From Zootoca vivipara (lineage: Eukaryota): a DNA stretch of 64,000 nucleotides. A program made the translations under genes and the position numbers. Numbering within the stretch: the first letter of the stretch is position 1; each line of letters opens with the position of its first letter. Below the pieces are notes generated by a model. That model was not told the DNA's origin. It was given only the letters and a program-made list of their open reading frames with translations, and did no database searches. Of the stretch, positions 49,012 to 60,829 are shown piece after piece. The DNA lies in contig NC_083276.1 in the NCBI RefSeq assembly GCF_963506605.1, forward strand, positions 61,876,001-61,940,000, read 5' to 3'.

Positions 49012-50763
49012 AATTATGCAGAGCCTGCTAACAATTCAGGAGGAAACCCCCTTGGCTAGACAATCAAAGATCCAGGGCAAAGGAAAGAATGAACTGGAAA
49101 GCACTTCTTTCTTCCCTCACCAGTGAAAGCATTTTCTGGTGGTTCCCCCTAAATAGCTTCCCTCCATATTAAAAAGGAAGGGTGTTGGGTGTTGTTTTAT
49201 TTATCTTTTTGATTGATTGCCCTCCCTTCCTTTGATAAAAAGGGAGAGGCTGATGGGATGTGGGCTTTTGGGGGGGGGTAGAATGGAGAGGAGAAGATTT
49301 AGCTGGTTGCCTCATGCTGAAATGGGAGGTTGCGTACTGTGTGAGAATGATAGGGAAGGTGTTTTTTTAGTAAGCAGTGAAAGCAAATGTCTGTCGACTC
49401 AGAAGCAAGCCCTACTGAATTCAATGGTGGGGCTTTTGCATACATAGAGTCCACTTAGACCTCTGAGTGGGGAAGCAGATGCGGCTTGATTAGTAAATCA
49501 CTTAAACTACTCATAAATTAGTTGAAAATATATTAAATATTATATATGGAAGTTTATTTAGTATTTTTTATTAAATCTACTACTTCCTGACATTTTAAGG
49601 CCCTCCACCACTTCAGGGAGCCTCGTCAAGACCCTCAGCTGCTGCAGGGAAGTGTACACCTTCTGCCACGGCGGGGAGGTACACTGCGACATTCTGCTGC
49701 TGCGGGGAGGCCTGGAAAGGCTCTCTGCTGCTGCGGGAAAATGCAGCACACCCTCCACTGCTGCAGGGGGGGTATGGCGGTACCCTCTGTCCCTTTGGGG
49801 AGGGCCAGCAGGCCCCTCCGCCACTGCAGATATATAGCGTGATATATCGGGATATTGTGAAATTTAGCTGGTGATATATTGTGATGTTGAAAACCAGGTA
49901 TCGCCCAGCCCTACCTCCGTGTTTTCTTCTTCCACATTCTGGTTAAAGGACATGAAATAAAATGATTACTTGCAAGCAATTGCCAAAATCTTCACTATGG
50001 AGCATGGAAATAATTAAGTCATCTGTTGTTGTCTCCGTTACCCATCAAAACAACAACTTAGCAAAAAAAATGTATTTCCCAAAGCTTTGTCTTTGAAGAT
50101 TAGAAATAAAAACACAGCCTTTGCATGACAAAGAGCAGAGCCAGCAGCTGAGTCCAAGCATCCTATTTTTATTTGCAAATATTACTTAATTTTCCTTGAA
50201 TGACTGAGGAGCAAAGGATAAAATGTTGTTCCAAACAAATATGAGGTTACAATAAGCCACTACTGTATAATGAATGTTAGAAGTTTCAAAAACAAACAAA
50301 CCCAGCCATATTTGGAAAACTAAAACATGACAACTGATTTTTCAATTATATGGGTTACACAACATCCATTCATGGGAGAATATCATCATGGCTTAAACTG
50401 GCTCAGTTACACCCTCCCTTCTATTTCTGAGAATTCCTGGGTTGTTAAGACCCAAAAGGTCAACTGTTACTTAAGAGTTCCTATTGAATTTTGCCTAGCA
50501 TGGACGTTTTGAAAGCAGTACTCTCCAAGATAGTAAAAGAATTTCAATAAGGCAAGAAGAATTTCCCAGAGATGTTGGCATATCCCCCATCCTTTCTTCA
50601 GTGCGAGCTGCTGACCCAGTTCTGTTTGGAATCATACATGTACAAAGGGGGGGGGTGTTTCTGGGAGTGGCAAGAGATTTAAAGGCTGAACATCAGATAA
50701 CGAACAGTACTTCTGGGGGGGGGGTTGAGCAGCAAAGTCATGCAGGGTGCAGTGCTTAAAGTT

Positions 50764-50853
50764 CATAGCTGCCAAGTTTTCCCTTTTCTCGCGAGGAAGC
50801 CTATTCAGCATAAGGGAAAATCCCTTTAAAAAAGGGATAACTTGGCAGCTATG
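50764..50853. mobile_element. 90-bp hAT MITE (CATAGCTGCCAAG family)
   Basis: TIR catagctgccaagtt; 6/8 TSD; near-identical to 60217-60306. Confidence 0.85.
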
Positions 50854-51210
50854 TTAAAGCAAGCTGCATGGGTGATGCTGTTTGACTTCATTCCATAACT
50901 AATGAAGAGGTCAGTCATCAGGGCTACTAAATCTTGTCCTCTGTCATAGCTATACACAGACACTACATTTTAACCTGCTATTTCCTTTTTCTTTATCTGA
51001 ACTGTTCCCTCATAAAACACAGGATTCCCCACCACCCACCCCACCCTGGGAGCTTAAGACATCAATACTTTGACAACTGACTAAAAAATAGCCTACTTGG
51101 TCCTAATTTTCCAAGTTTAGTTTCTATTGAAATACTGTTAAGATATAATGTACATTTCTTTAACAGCACTGCAAAGTAACAATTATTCTGTATTCTTAAA
51201 AAAGTCATCA

Positions 51211-51283
51211 TTTGTATCAGCAGTTCTGTGAAAACTTTGTATCAGCAATTCTATGAAAACTTTGTATCAGCAATTCTATGAAC
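51211..51283. repeat. 25-bp tandem repeat, about 3 copies
   Basis: tttgtatcagca(g/a)ttct(g/a)tgaaaac units. Confidence 0.9.
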
Positions 51284-51482
51284 CTGCCCAAACCCTGTGA
51301 TCAACTGAGGCCCTTCTTCATGAGCAGTGCTAGAAATTCGCCAGGCGCCAGGCATGTTTTGCTACTGATGCAACTCCAATTGTGACCGCGTGGAGATCTC
51401 TGAAGGCCAGGTTGGCGACTGACATCTCCATCTGGCTGCCCCCTCTAGCTTTCTTAAGCAGGTAAGCAGAAAAACTTAATTG

Positions 51483-51655
51483 CATTTATATCCCACCTTT
51501 CTCTCCAAGGAGTACATGGTTCACCCCCTCAGTTAATCCCCACACCAACCCTTGAAGGTATGTTAAGAGCCCAAGGTCACCCACTGAGAGGGGATTTGAA
51601 CCCTGATCTCCCAAGTCCTATTCTGATTCTCTAACCACAACACCACACTGGCTCC
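51483..51655 (-). mobile_element. Older tRNA/L2-tail SINE (Squam3/MIR-like)
   Basis: Reverse complement reads gagccagtgtggtgttgtggttagag...ggttcaaatccc...gtgggtgaccttgggc. Confidence 0.6.
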
Positions 51656-52919
51656 CTGCAGTACTTCTGCCATGGGGCAGCTATACAAATTAAGTAGGTA
51701 AATAAATATAGGGAAAGCAAAATGTCATTTGGGGAAGGATTTGAAATATTTTCCTTGAAGCTTGAATTTGCTTTATTCTGGATTGTTTTAATCTGATGTT
51801 TTAATGTGTTGTAATCTGCTTTAAGATATTTTCTTTAAAATAAAAAATGATACAGAAATGAATGTTGATGATGACAATAATTAAATTCATTGTAAACAAG
51901 ACACCTAGATATTCTGTTTTGATGGCCGTAACTAGGTTTAAGGTGTCATTTAGTGATTAGCTATATATCTGAGTTTCTAAGGTAACAAGGCTAACAGTGA
52001 TTTAATGCCTAATGAGATATTTTAACCCTCATCTACCAGGTGCAAGCTAAAGAACCACACAAGCTCTGAGGAATTTATATATATACACACAAATATGTTA
52101 TAAATAACATATGCATTACAGTTCAGGAAAACTCAGAGCTAAAAGCCTGAATCCTGTTTAATCACACCAGTTCACCTAAAAGTTTGGGGACCTGCAGCAG
52201 TTCTTAAGATTCAGTACATAGCCTTTTCTGTAAAACTCAGCTCAATGAGGACTGAGCATATTCAGTGACCACAGGATGTTGACCCAAAGGGGGCAGAGGG
52301 TGGTGGTGGATAGAAAGGAGCACCCTGGAAAAAGAGTACAGCTGGCTGGCTGCTAGACCTCCTTGATATGAGCACTCAATGCGACAACATTTTGCTGCAG
52401 CGCTGTAAAAAACTTAACCCACTAAATTTGATTCTGGGGCCTAGGAATCTGTTATTTCAGTCTGCATTAGCATTATGCAGTCACAGAGAACCCTCTTCCC
52501 CTCACAGAGCAACAGTTCTCCAAGTTCCCTGGGAAGACATACTGACGGTTAAACCACTCTGAGAAGTGCACATCCCTCAAAGGAATAGGAGGTATCCTAA
52601 AAGCACTCAGCCCTCTTAGCCCACGACACTTCCCAGTCCCAGGATTCTTCGGGGGGAAACCATGATCGTTTAAAGCAGCATGATGCTCTTTAAATGTACA
52701 GTGCAGATGGGGGCCTAGATGCTTCTAGGCTCATAAATTAGACCCTCCCAACTAACTATAGGTAGTAGCAGCTCACAGTGCATTTTCCACCGAGGCCTAT
52801 GAACTCCGATCTAAAACTTCCGTAACTTTACACCCAATGTTGGCACCCAGAGAACCGGCTGGCTCCTTCCGAGAGCAGCAGCCCAACCTGAACTTCCACA
52901 GGGCCCTGTGTTGTCCATT

Positions 52920-54060
52920 AACCTCCTCGCGCACCCCGACCCACAGGGGAACGCGCAAGCCACAGTCCTAGCTCAGCACCAGCTGACTCGGACCAGGCAG
53001 AGAAAGAAGAAGCCGAGGCTGCTTTGACAGACGGGCGGAGGGAGGGAGCCAAGAACAGAAGAAGATCCCCGCCGGGCCGGACGCCACGCCCCCCATCTAG
53101 TTCTCTCTCGGCGGCCAAGCAGCCGCGCGCTCCCCACTTGCGACGGCCATCCCAAGCTAGTAAGCCTAGCAGTTCTCTAATCCTCTTCTAAAGCCACCTA
53201 AGCTGGAGTACTGCTGCGCATTATCTCTGGATGCGGGAGCGAGGGGGTGGGGGAAAGAGAGGCAAGGGGATCCCCTCTCCCCCCTCTTGGCGGAGGCTTG
53301 CGGGGCTGCTGCTGCTGTGGACAAGTGGTTGCCCCTACCCTGAGCAGCCTCAGGACCTAATAACGCTTTGGGGGCTTAGCCTGCCCGCTCCCCAAGGCGA
53401 ATACTATAGGCATACACACGTCGCCCCTGCAGGGCATCGCTCAGCAGATCTGCCTCTCCCGTTCCTGCAGCCGAGGCCAGCCGTTCCCCGCCCGCTCGCC
53501 AGCCTGCCTTTGCTCTCACCTCTCTCCAGCCGCACCGGCTCCCCCAGCGCCGCCATCTTCTCCTTCTCCAGCTGCTCTCGGGGAAGTGACGCCGGGCAAG
53601 AGGCGGCGCTGCTTCCAGGACGCACCGAGGCGAAGGAGGGGCGAAGGCCGCGGCTTTTTCCCGGCTCTCGCCGGAACTAGCAAGGCGCGCGAGGGGATGG
53701 CGCGTCGGGCGCTCTCATTCTGCCTCTTTCGCGCCCTTAGAAAGGCGGGCGGGATTCCGGAGCCCGTTTGCCCAGGTGGGCGGAGTGGGAGAGAGAGGGA
53801 GAGAGAGAGAGAGAAGTAAATGGGGCGCGTGTGTTACTGGTTTTCAAGTGGGGTCCAAAGGCCGAGAAAGTGCGAGCAAGAGGTTTGCCCAGCACGGATG
53901 AAAACGGAGGTGCCCTCCGAAGAGCAGAGAGCTCCTCCCAGGGTGGGTGCGACGCGCTTGCCAGGTGAGATAGGCAGGCAACGCAAAGAGAATTCGGCTC
54001 CCGCAATTTCGAGCCAGATGCCTTTGGGGAAACGCAAAACAGGGCACGAGTGCAAGACTG
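52920..54060 (-). promoter_or_regulatory. LIN7C: LIN7C CpG island / promoter
   Basis: CpG-rich around exon 1. YY1 motif overlapping the start codon (cgccatctt, 53551-53559) and an ETS/CRE-like GGAAGTGACG at 53582-53591. Confidence 0.85.
53520..53556 (-). CDS. LIN7C: LIN7C exon 1 (MAALGEPVRLER)
   Basis: ATG at 53556 in AAGATGGCG context, 37 nt, GTGAGA donor; matches the LIN7C N-terminus. Confidence 0.96.
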
Positions 54061-54100
54061 GTATGCTGAGGGGGACGCTTTGCATGTCGAGTCCCAAGAC

Positions 54101-54822
54101 CATAGGAGCCAACGCCTAGGGGTTTAGGTCCCTTTGCCCCCCCCCAGTAAAATATTTGAGGGCCCCCAAAGTTGATGGACAGGGATGCGGGTGGCGCTGT
54201 GGTCTAAACCACTGAGCCTCTTGGGCTTGCCGATCGGAAGTTCGGCGGTTCGAATTCCTGCGACGGAGTGAGCTCCCGTTGCTCGGTCCCAGCTCCTGCC
54301 AACCTAGCAGTTGGAAAGCACGCCAAAGTGCAAGTAGATAAATAGGTACCACTCTGGCGGGAAGGTAAACGGCGTTTCCGTGTGCTGCTCTGGTTCGCCA
54401 GAAGCAGCTTAGTCATGCTGGCCACGTGACCCGGAAAAACTGTCTGCGGACAAACGCCGGCTCCCTCGGCCAGTAAAGCAAGATGAGAGCCGCAACCCCA
54501 GAGTCATTCGCGACTGGACTTAACTGTCAGGCGTCCATTACCTTACCTTAAAGTTGATGGACATTGCCATTCAAATATTGTGTGATCGATTATGCAGGGC
54601 GGACCTTACCAGGGCCCATGGGCATAGCAAGTATTTATGTTAGAGGGAGCAGAACAGAACTATCAACAAAGCAGTTAGTGGGCTGGTTAAGTATTTTTAT
54701 TTATTTACTTGATTTAGGGGGCAGTTGTCCACCTGTCCCCCCAGCTGCCCCCCATATTTTATTTGAGTTGGTAAAAGGTAAAGGGACCCCTGACCAGCTT
54801 ATGGGTCATGTTGGTACCCCTG
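54101..54822. mobile_element. Older hAT element hosting two Sauria SINE insertions
   Basis: Imperfect TIRs cataggagccaac / gttggtacccctg; 6/8 TSD cccaagac / cccaaaat. Confidence 0.55.
54182..54549 (+). mobile_element. Sauria SINE nested in a hAT element
   Basis: Full copy; 14-bp TSD aaagttgatggaca. Confidence 0.9.
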
Positions 54823-54938
54823 CCCAAAATGATGGTTTGGAACTTGTCCGTGAAGTCCAACCCAGCAACTCTATTCCACAACCTCGCTTTGAAATCTTTG
54901 GTAACTTTGACCTCTTTGTTTCTTGGGAAACTGAAATA

Positions 54939-55258
54939 CAGTCATGCCTCGGTTTAAGTACACCCCGGTTTGAGTATTTTCAGTTTAAGTACTCCGTGGA
55001 CCCGTCTGGAACAGATTAATCCACTTTCCATTACTTTCAATGGGAAAGTTCGCTTCAGGTTAAGTACGGACTTCCAGAACCAATTACACTCATACCTCGG
55101 GTTAAGTACGCTTCAGGTTGAGTACTCCATGGACCATCTGGAACGGATTAATCCACTTTCCATTACTTTCAGTGGGAAAGTTCGCTTCAGGTTAAGTACG
55201 CTTCAGGTTAAGTACAGACTTCCAGAACCAATTGTGTTTGTAAACCGAGGTACCACTG
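54939..55258. mobile_element. Tc1/mariner (Tigger-like) MITE with internal tandem duplication
   Basis: TA-cagtcatgcctcggttt...aaaccgaggtaccactg-TA; an internal unit of about 140 bp occurs twice. Confidence 0.85.
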
Positions 55259-55342
55259 TACTGGTTTCAAAAGGTCTTTGGACCAACTAGTTGTGTGCCC
55301 CTTCAGCATAGATGTCTGTCTCAATGCGGAGGAAAGCAAAGT

Positions 55343-55450
55343 AAAAGGTAAAGGACCCCTGGACAGTTAAGTCCAGTCAAAGGCGACTGGGGTGCAGCGC
55401 TCATCTCACTTCAGGCCGAGGGAGCCAGTGTTTGTCCACAGACAGCTTTC
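55343..55450 (-). mobile_element. Sauria SINE 3' fragment
   Basis: aaggtaaaggacccctggacagttaagtccagtc... is the reverse-complement tail. Confidence 0.75.
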
Positions 55451-56708
55451 CATACCCTAATATAATGGTGGCACAGGTAAACTTCAGTACAGATTATTGT
55501 GCCAAGCCCTAACACACAATGCAAGGATGTTGTGAGGGCAGCCCAGATAAAATTTGCAAAGTGCAGCCTATCCTAAAACTGCCATCAGTCTTGTGGGTGG
55601 ATAATTAGTTAAACCTTCAGTAATCTGAGTTCATATTCCACAATACGCCCCGTGCTTTTCAACTATTTTTCTTCAGGAGTAAAATCACCATACTATTGAA
55701 AAATACTGAATGTTTAAAGTGGCAATCCTATGTATACTTCTTGAAGCTGGGTAGCCAATTTGGTGCCTGGCTTCATTGCCTGCTGTTGTTGGACTCAGGC
55801 TCACATCAGCCTCAGCCAGCGTGGCCAATGGTTGGGCATGGTGGGAAGTAGAGTCCAACAACATCTGGAGGTCACCATATTAGCCTTCCAAGTCCTTGGA
55901 AATGAGTTCTATTGGACTAAGTTCTGAGTAAATGTGCATAAGATTGGCTACACATCTGCTGCCTGTACAAGGGGTGCTTTTTGCTAATACTGAATCAATC
56001 TCTTCTTGATGCACATGGCTATGTCCTCAGTACCATGCCTGCTGGCTGTATGTGTGATGCACTTTTTCCTGAGAGCTTCATCTGTCATCAATTTAATCTT
56101 AGTGTGTGGGGTGAGTTTCTTCTGTGTTGTTAAAGTGATCAAAGCATCGGGTGCAAGAAGGACAAACCCATTGCATGTCAATGCTGCTCTCTTTTTTTTT
56201 TTGCAGAAATGGGTGTGGACTAGGGTCTGTCTGAAGGGCATGTGCTTATGTGTTGTTAATTTCATCCCAAAGTATTTGAACTCTTGTTTGAAAGCACATG
56301 CTTTGGCTTAATAAATGACGCGACCAAGATGCCCGCTACTAGCCCTTATACACCCAGAGGGATTCCCAGCTTCTGGGATTCATTTTAAGGTTGTCATTCC
56401 TTCAGTTGTGTGATGGAGCATTCTGCTATGTGCCTTTCAATGAGACATTCAAATGTGAAGGAATTTATGTCAATGAACAAAGTCAAATCACAAACACGTT
56501 TTCGGCCAGGGACATGCTGGGGCTGAAAACACTATAAAATGTTTCTGTAATATAATCCAGATGTTTGCACTTTATGGTGTTCCATGAGCTAACTTCCAGT
56601 TTGCTTTGGCAGTGGTGTCCTTTTTAGGAACCTGCAGCTGATGAGTGGACATACAAAATTAGCTGGTAGTATAAAGTTCAGATATGTACGTCCTCCACAC
56701 CATACATT

Positions 56709-56856
56709 TCATAAAATCATAGAATTGTAGAATTGGAAGGGACCAGGAGGGTCATTTAGTCCATCCACCTGCAGTGCAGGAATCTTTTCCCAATCTGGGG
56801 CTCGGACCCACGCCCCTGAGATTAAGAGGCTCATGCTCTACCAACTGAGCCATCTC
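56709..56856 (-). mobile_element. Short SINE: tRNA-Lys(CTT) head plus CR1 3' tail
   Basis: Reverse complement gctcagttggtagagcatgagcctcttaatctcaggggcgtgggtccgagcccc is tRNA-Lys-CTT-like; the tail ends ccttccaattctacaattctatga. Confidence 0.8.
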
Positions 56857-57450
56857 ATTTAAAGCACTTCCAATGTCTATTTAAAGCACATGGTCCCCGC
56901 CCCCCCAAATCCTAGGAACTGTAGTTTGGCATTAAGGATTGTAGCTCTGCGAGGGGCAAACTACAGTCCCCAGGATTCTGTGCAGGAACCATGTGATTTT
57001 AATGTCCCCTTGATGTGCTTAAAATGTAGTATGGTGTGGATTGTGATCCACAAACCACCAAAGCCAGAGTAGTTTCCCACAGATCACAGTACAAGCTACA
57101 ACAGGACCAATTTATGACCAAGGAATTTATTCTCATGAACACTTTAGTATTCTCCCTACCTCTGCATCACATAGTAGCAAGGCAGGTGTGCTCTTCTGCC
57201 ATCCTGGGCTGAATTCAGCACAGGTTCTCTTTTAACAAGCTACTGCAAGCACTTCAGCAGCTACATTTGTGTTGTGATGTCCAAAGGTGAGGAAGCGCTT
57301 GTTAGGTTCAGTCTCTCTGACATCTTCAGGTAGGAATAAGGACTTCTGCCTGCATCTCTGGAAAGCCGATATGAGTTAGTGTTAATAACTCCCAGGTAGA
57401 TGGTCTGACTCAGTAGAAGGCAGCTTCCTGTGTTCTAAGGTGATCTACAT

Positions 57451-57586
57451 CAGGCATAGGCAAACTAGGCCCTCCAGATGTTTTGGGACTACAACTCCCA
57501 TCATCCCTGACCACTGGTCCTGTTAGCTAGGGATGATGGGAGTTGTGGTCCCAAAACATCTGGAGGGCTGAGTTGGCCTGTGCCTG
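57451..57586. mobile_element. 136-bp palindromic hAT MITE
   Basis: Perfect TSD atctacat. Confidence 0.92.
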
Positions 57587-57740
57587 ATCTACATGATCTC
57601 TCTGTGCTGACATGGCTGAGATTAATCAGGTGCTTGATTCTCTATCTCTTTCCTGTGGCCCCCATGACCTATACTGGTATGATGAAAATATACGTTGAGT
57701 TGACTCATGTAGAACTAACTGTATACAGTAATACAGCCAT

Positions 57741-58091
57741 GTGAGTGGCACTGTGGTCTCTAAACCACTGAGCCTAGGGCTTGCCAATCAGAAGGTCGGT
57801 GGTTCGAATCCCCGCGACGGGGTGAGCTCCCGTTGTTTGGTCCCAGCTCCTGCCAACCTAGCAGTTGCACGTCAAAGTGCAAGTAGATAAATAGGTACCG
57901 CTCTGGCGGGAAGGTAAATGATGTTTACGTGCACTGCTCTGGTTTCGCCAGAAGCGGCTTAGTCATGCTGGCCATGACCCAGAAAAAACTGTCTGTGGAC
58001 AAACACCGGCTCCCTTAGCCAGTAAAGAGAGATGAGTGCCACAATCCCAGAGTCGTTCACGACTGGACTTAACTGTAAGAGATCCTTTACT
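57741..58091 (+). mobile_element. Sauria SINE
   Basis: Matches the other copies along its length. Confidence 0.88.
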
Positions 58092-59703
58092 GTTATTGTG
58101 TCTTCATTCAGTCATCTTGCAACTGAACCCATACTCAACATTGCAATAAATATTGAATGTTCGGTATGTTTACTCAAAAGTAAATCCCACTGAGTTCAAA
58201 GGGACTCCTTAGTAAGTGTGTTTAGGATTGTAGCCTTAATGTGCTGTCTCTTGAGCAACTTGGGGCAACTCTGAGACAACAGAAGCAATGCAGGTTTGAG
58301 CTGAAAACAAAACATATTGTTCGTTAAGAGGCACATGGGCACATGCTTGGCTGCAGCTAAATCTGTTAAGAGCTCTTCCAAAGTTACAACTCGCTTGCGT
58401 CATGCCAAGGAGAAATTTTGAGCCTCTTCTCACAAGATCGAAACACATTTAATTGATCTTGAAAGGTCATCCTGTGCCTCCAGAAATCTTAATCAAGGGT
58501 TTTGTGGGATTGCCCCCAGTACAGAGGGAGTCTTCCATATGCCCCAGCAGAACACACTGATCTGAGTAAAAGAATGTAGAAGAAATGTTGGCATTGTACT
58601 CAAGTGTGGCAGAATGCTCCTTCAAGCAGGTGAAAATGGTGGGGAACTGGATGGGATATCTTCAGGGTAGGTTTTTTTTAAAAAAAATATATATATAACC
58701 ATCTTGGGTATGCAGATATGAATGCTATTTTTAAAAAATAAAAAACCTGCCTACATTGCAAGTCACTTTTGTCCCGACTTAGCCCACTTTTTGATTATTT
58801 TTTAGCTATCTAACAATTACTACAGCATAATCAAACTCCTGCTTCTGAGAATTTGGCCCTGGTTTTTGTTTACAACCTTACTTATTGGCAGAACCCAGAA
58901 TAAGTTTCAGCACTCGCTTTGCTTGCACAGTCTCATAGATGAATTGATGACACCCCATAGTAGAGACCACCGTTTTGTGCATGCTTTGGGAAGTGCTTAA
59001 GGATTCGTCATGCATATGTTCATGTGGACACCTGGCCTCATATCACATAGCAGATTTCTGCACTAGTACACATCAGAGAAAATGCCTTATGATTAATCTG
59101 AAGTGCCGACTGATTTGCATGTAAAAAGAACCCAGCATTTTGTTATATGCCACAGAATGCTTCTCTTGATTAATTTTGCACAGAGATTGACTGGCACAAG
59201 CTCATTTAGAGAGTTTTCACATTCACTTCTGGCAAGTGTGGGAGTGCACAGCGGACATATGGAAGGACCTTTTTGTGCATCAGCTGTTGGAATTTATGTC
59301 ATTATGATGCCTTTCTCCCTTCTGTGCACATGAAAACTCTGATTGATATGATAAATGTGACTGGTATGATAATACTGACACAGAAGAACTTGCTGATTCC
59401 TTGGAGAAGGTTCTAAAAGACTTTGGATGGGAATGTTAATTAACTTTCACTTTCAACCATGTAGTTTGTTAACTCTTTATTTATAGGATCATAGAGTTGT
59501 AAGGCTGCCAGTGGATAATAGCCCTCCAGATTCACTCTGAAGCAGGGTACTGTATCTTAAACCTGAACTGTCACTTATAGGCCCTACCTTTCCTTGAAAT
59601 CTCCCTGAAAGGAAAAATCTGGTAACAAAATTTCACCATAAAACAGGAGCTTCAATAAAAGATAAACATGAACATAGCAATAGCATAAAACTAAGCATTT
59701 CTG

Positions 59704-60066
59704 GGGGCGCGGGGGGGGGGGCTGTGGTCTAAACCACTGAGCCTAGGGCTTGCCAATCAGAAGGTCGGTGGTTCGAATCCCCGCAACGGGGTGAGCTCCT
59801 GTTGTTTGGTCCTAGCTCCTGCCGACCTAGCAGTTCGAAAGCACATCAAAGTGCAAGTAGATAAATAGGTACTGCTCCGGTGGGAAGGTAAACGGCGTAT
59901 CCGTGCACTGCTCTGGTTTGCCAGAAGCGACTTAGTCATGCTGGCCACGTGACCCAAAAGCTGTCTGTGGACAAATTCCGGCTCCCTCGGCCTATAGAGC
60001 GAGATGAGCGCGCAACCCCAGAGTCATCCATGACGACCTAATGGTCAGAGGTACTTTTACCTTTTT
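59704..60066 (+). mobile_element. Sauria SINE
   Basis: Matches the other copies; flanked by a catttctg duplication. Confidence 0.88.
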
Positions 60067-60216
60067 AAACATTTCTGAATGCCTGTGCAAAGAAAGACCT
60101 TCCCCCCCAGCTGCCACCAGGAAGTGCAGGATGTGCCTCTAGGGCTAGATTATTCCAGAGATGGGTTGCCACTATGGATAATTTTCTCTCCCTTGTACCT
60201 CAACTGGGGCTGTGAC

Positions 60217-60306
60217 CATAGCTGCCAAGTTTTCCCTTTTCTCGCAAGGAAGTCTATTCAGCATAATGGAATTTCCCTTAAAAAAAGGGATAACTTGGCA
60301 GCTATG
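60217..60306. mobile_element. 90-bp hAT MITE (CATAGCTGCCAAG family)
   Basis: Perfect TSD gctgtgac. Confidence 0.9.
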
Positions 60307-60349
60307 GCTGTGACTAGTCAGAGAACCCTTCCTGAGCAGCATGATATGG

Positions 60350-60530
60350 GGTGATATCCAAGCAGCTGCATTCTGCACTAGTTGCAGTTTCTGAACTGCC
60401 TTCAAGGGTAGCCCTACACGAAGCATATTACAGTAATCTAATCTGAAGGATAGGTAACGGTTGGTCATAGTCTGGCCACTATGACCAACCAAGGCCCTTG
60501 TTGATGTTCACCTTGATGGGCCTTTCCCCC
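60350..60530 (-). mobile_element. L2 LINE fragment
   Basis: RLDYCNMLRVGLPLKAVQKLQLVQNAAA motif. Confidence 0.7.
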
Positions 60531-60542
60531 TCCCCTACCTTT

Positions 60543-60786
60543 CCAGTGTGGTGTAGTGGTTAAGAGCGGTAGTCTTGTAATCTGGTGAACAGGGTTCGCG
60601 TCCCCATTCCTCCACATGCAGTTGCTGGGTGACCTTGGGCTAGTCACACTTCTCTGAAGTCTCTCAGCCTCAATCACCTCACAGAGTATTTGTTGTGGAG
60701 GAGGAAGGGAAAGGAGAATGTTAGCAGCTTTGAGACTCCTTAGGGTAGTGAGAAAGCGGGATATCAAATCCAAACTCTTCTTCTTC
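60543..60786 (+). mobile_element. Squam3-type SINE (tRNA head, L2-like tail)
   Basis: cagtgtggtgtagtggttaagagc head, B-box ggttcgcgtcccc, (tct)n tail. Family name from recognition. Confidence 0.75.
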
Positions 60787-60829
60787 CTGATGTCATGCAA
60801 GTAGCTTACCCTGTACATCAGGACTTAAT

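Noticed and set aside
53557-53625. N-terminal extension of LIN7C in the ORF track
   Set aside because: Non-ATG start in promoter or 5'UTR; the conserved protein starts MAALGEP.
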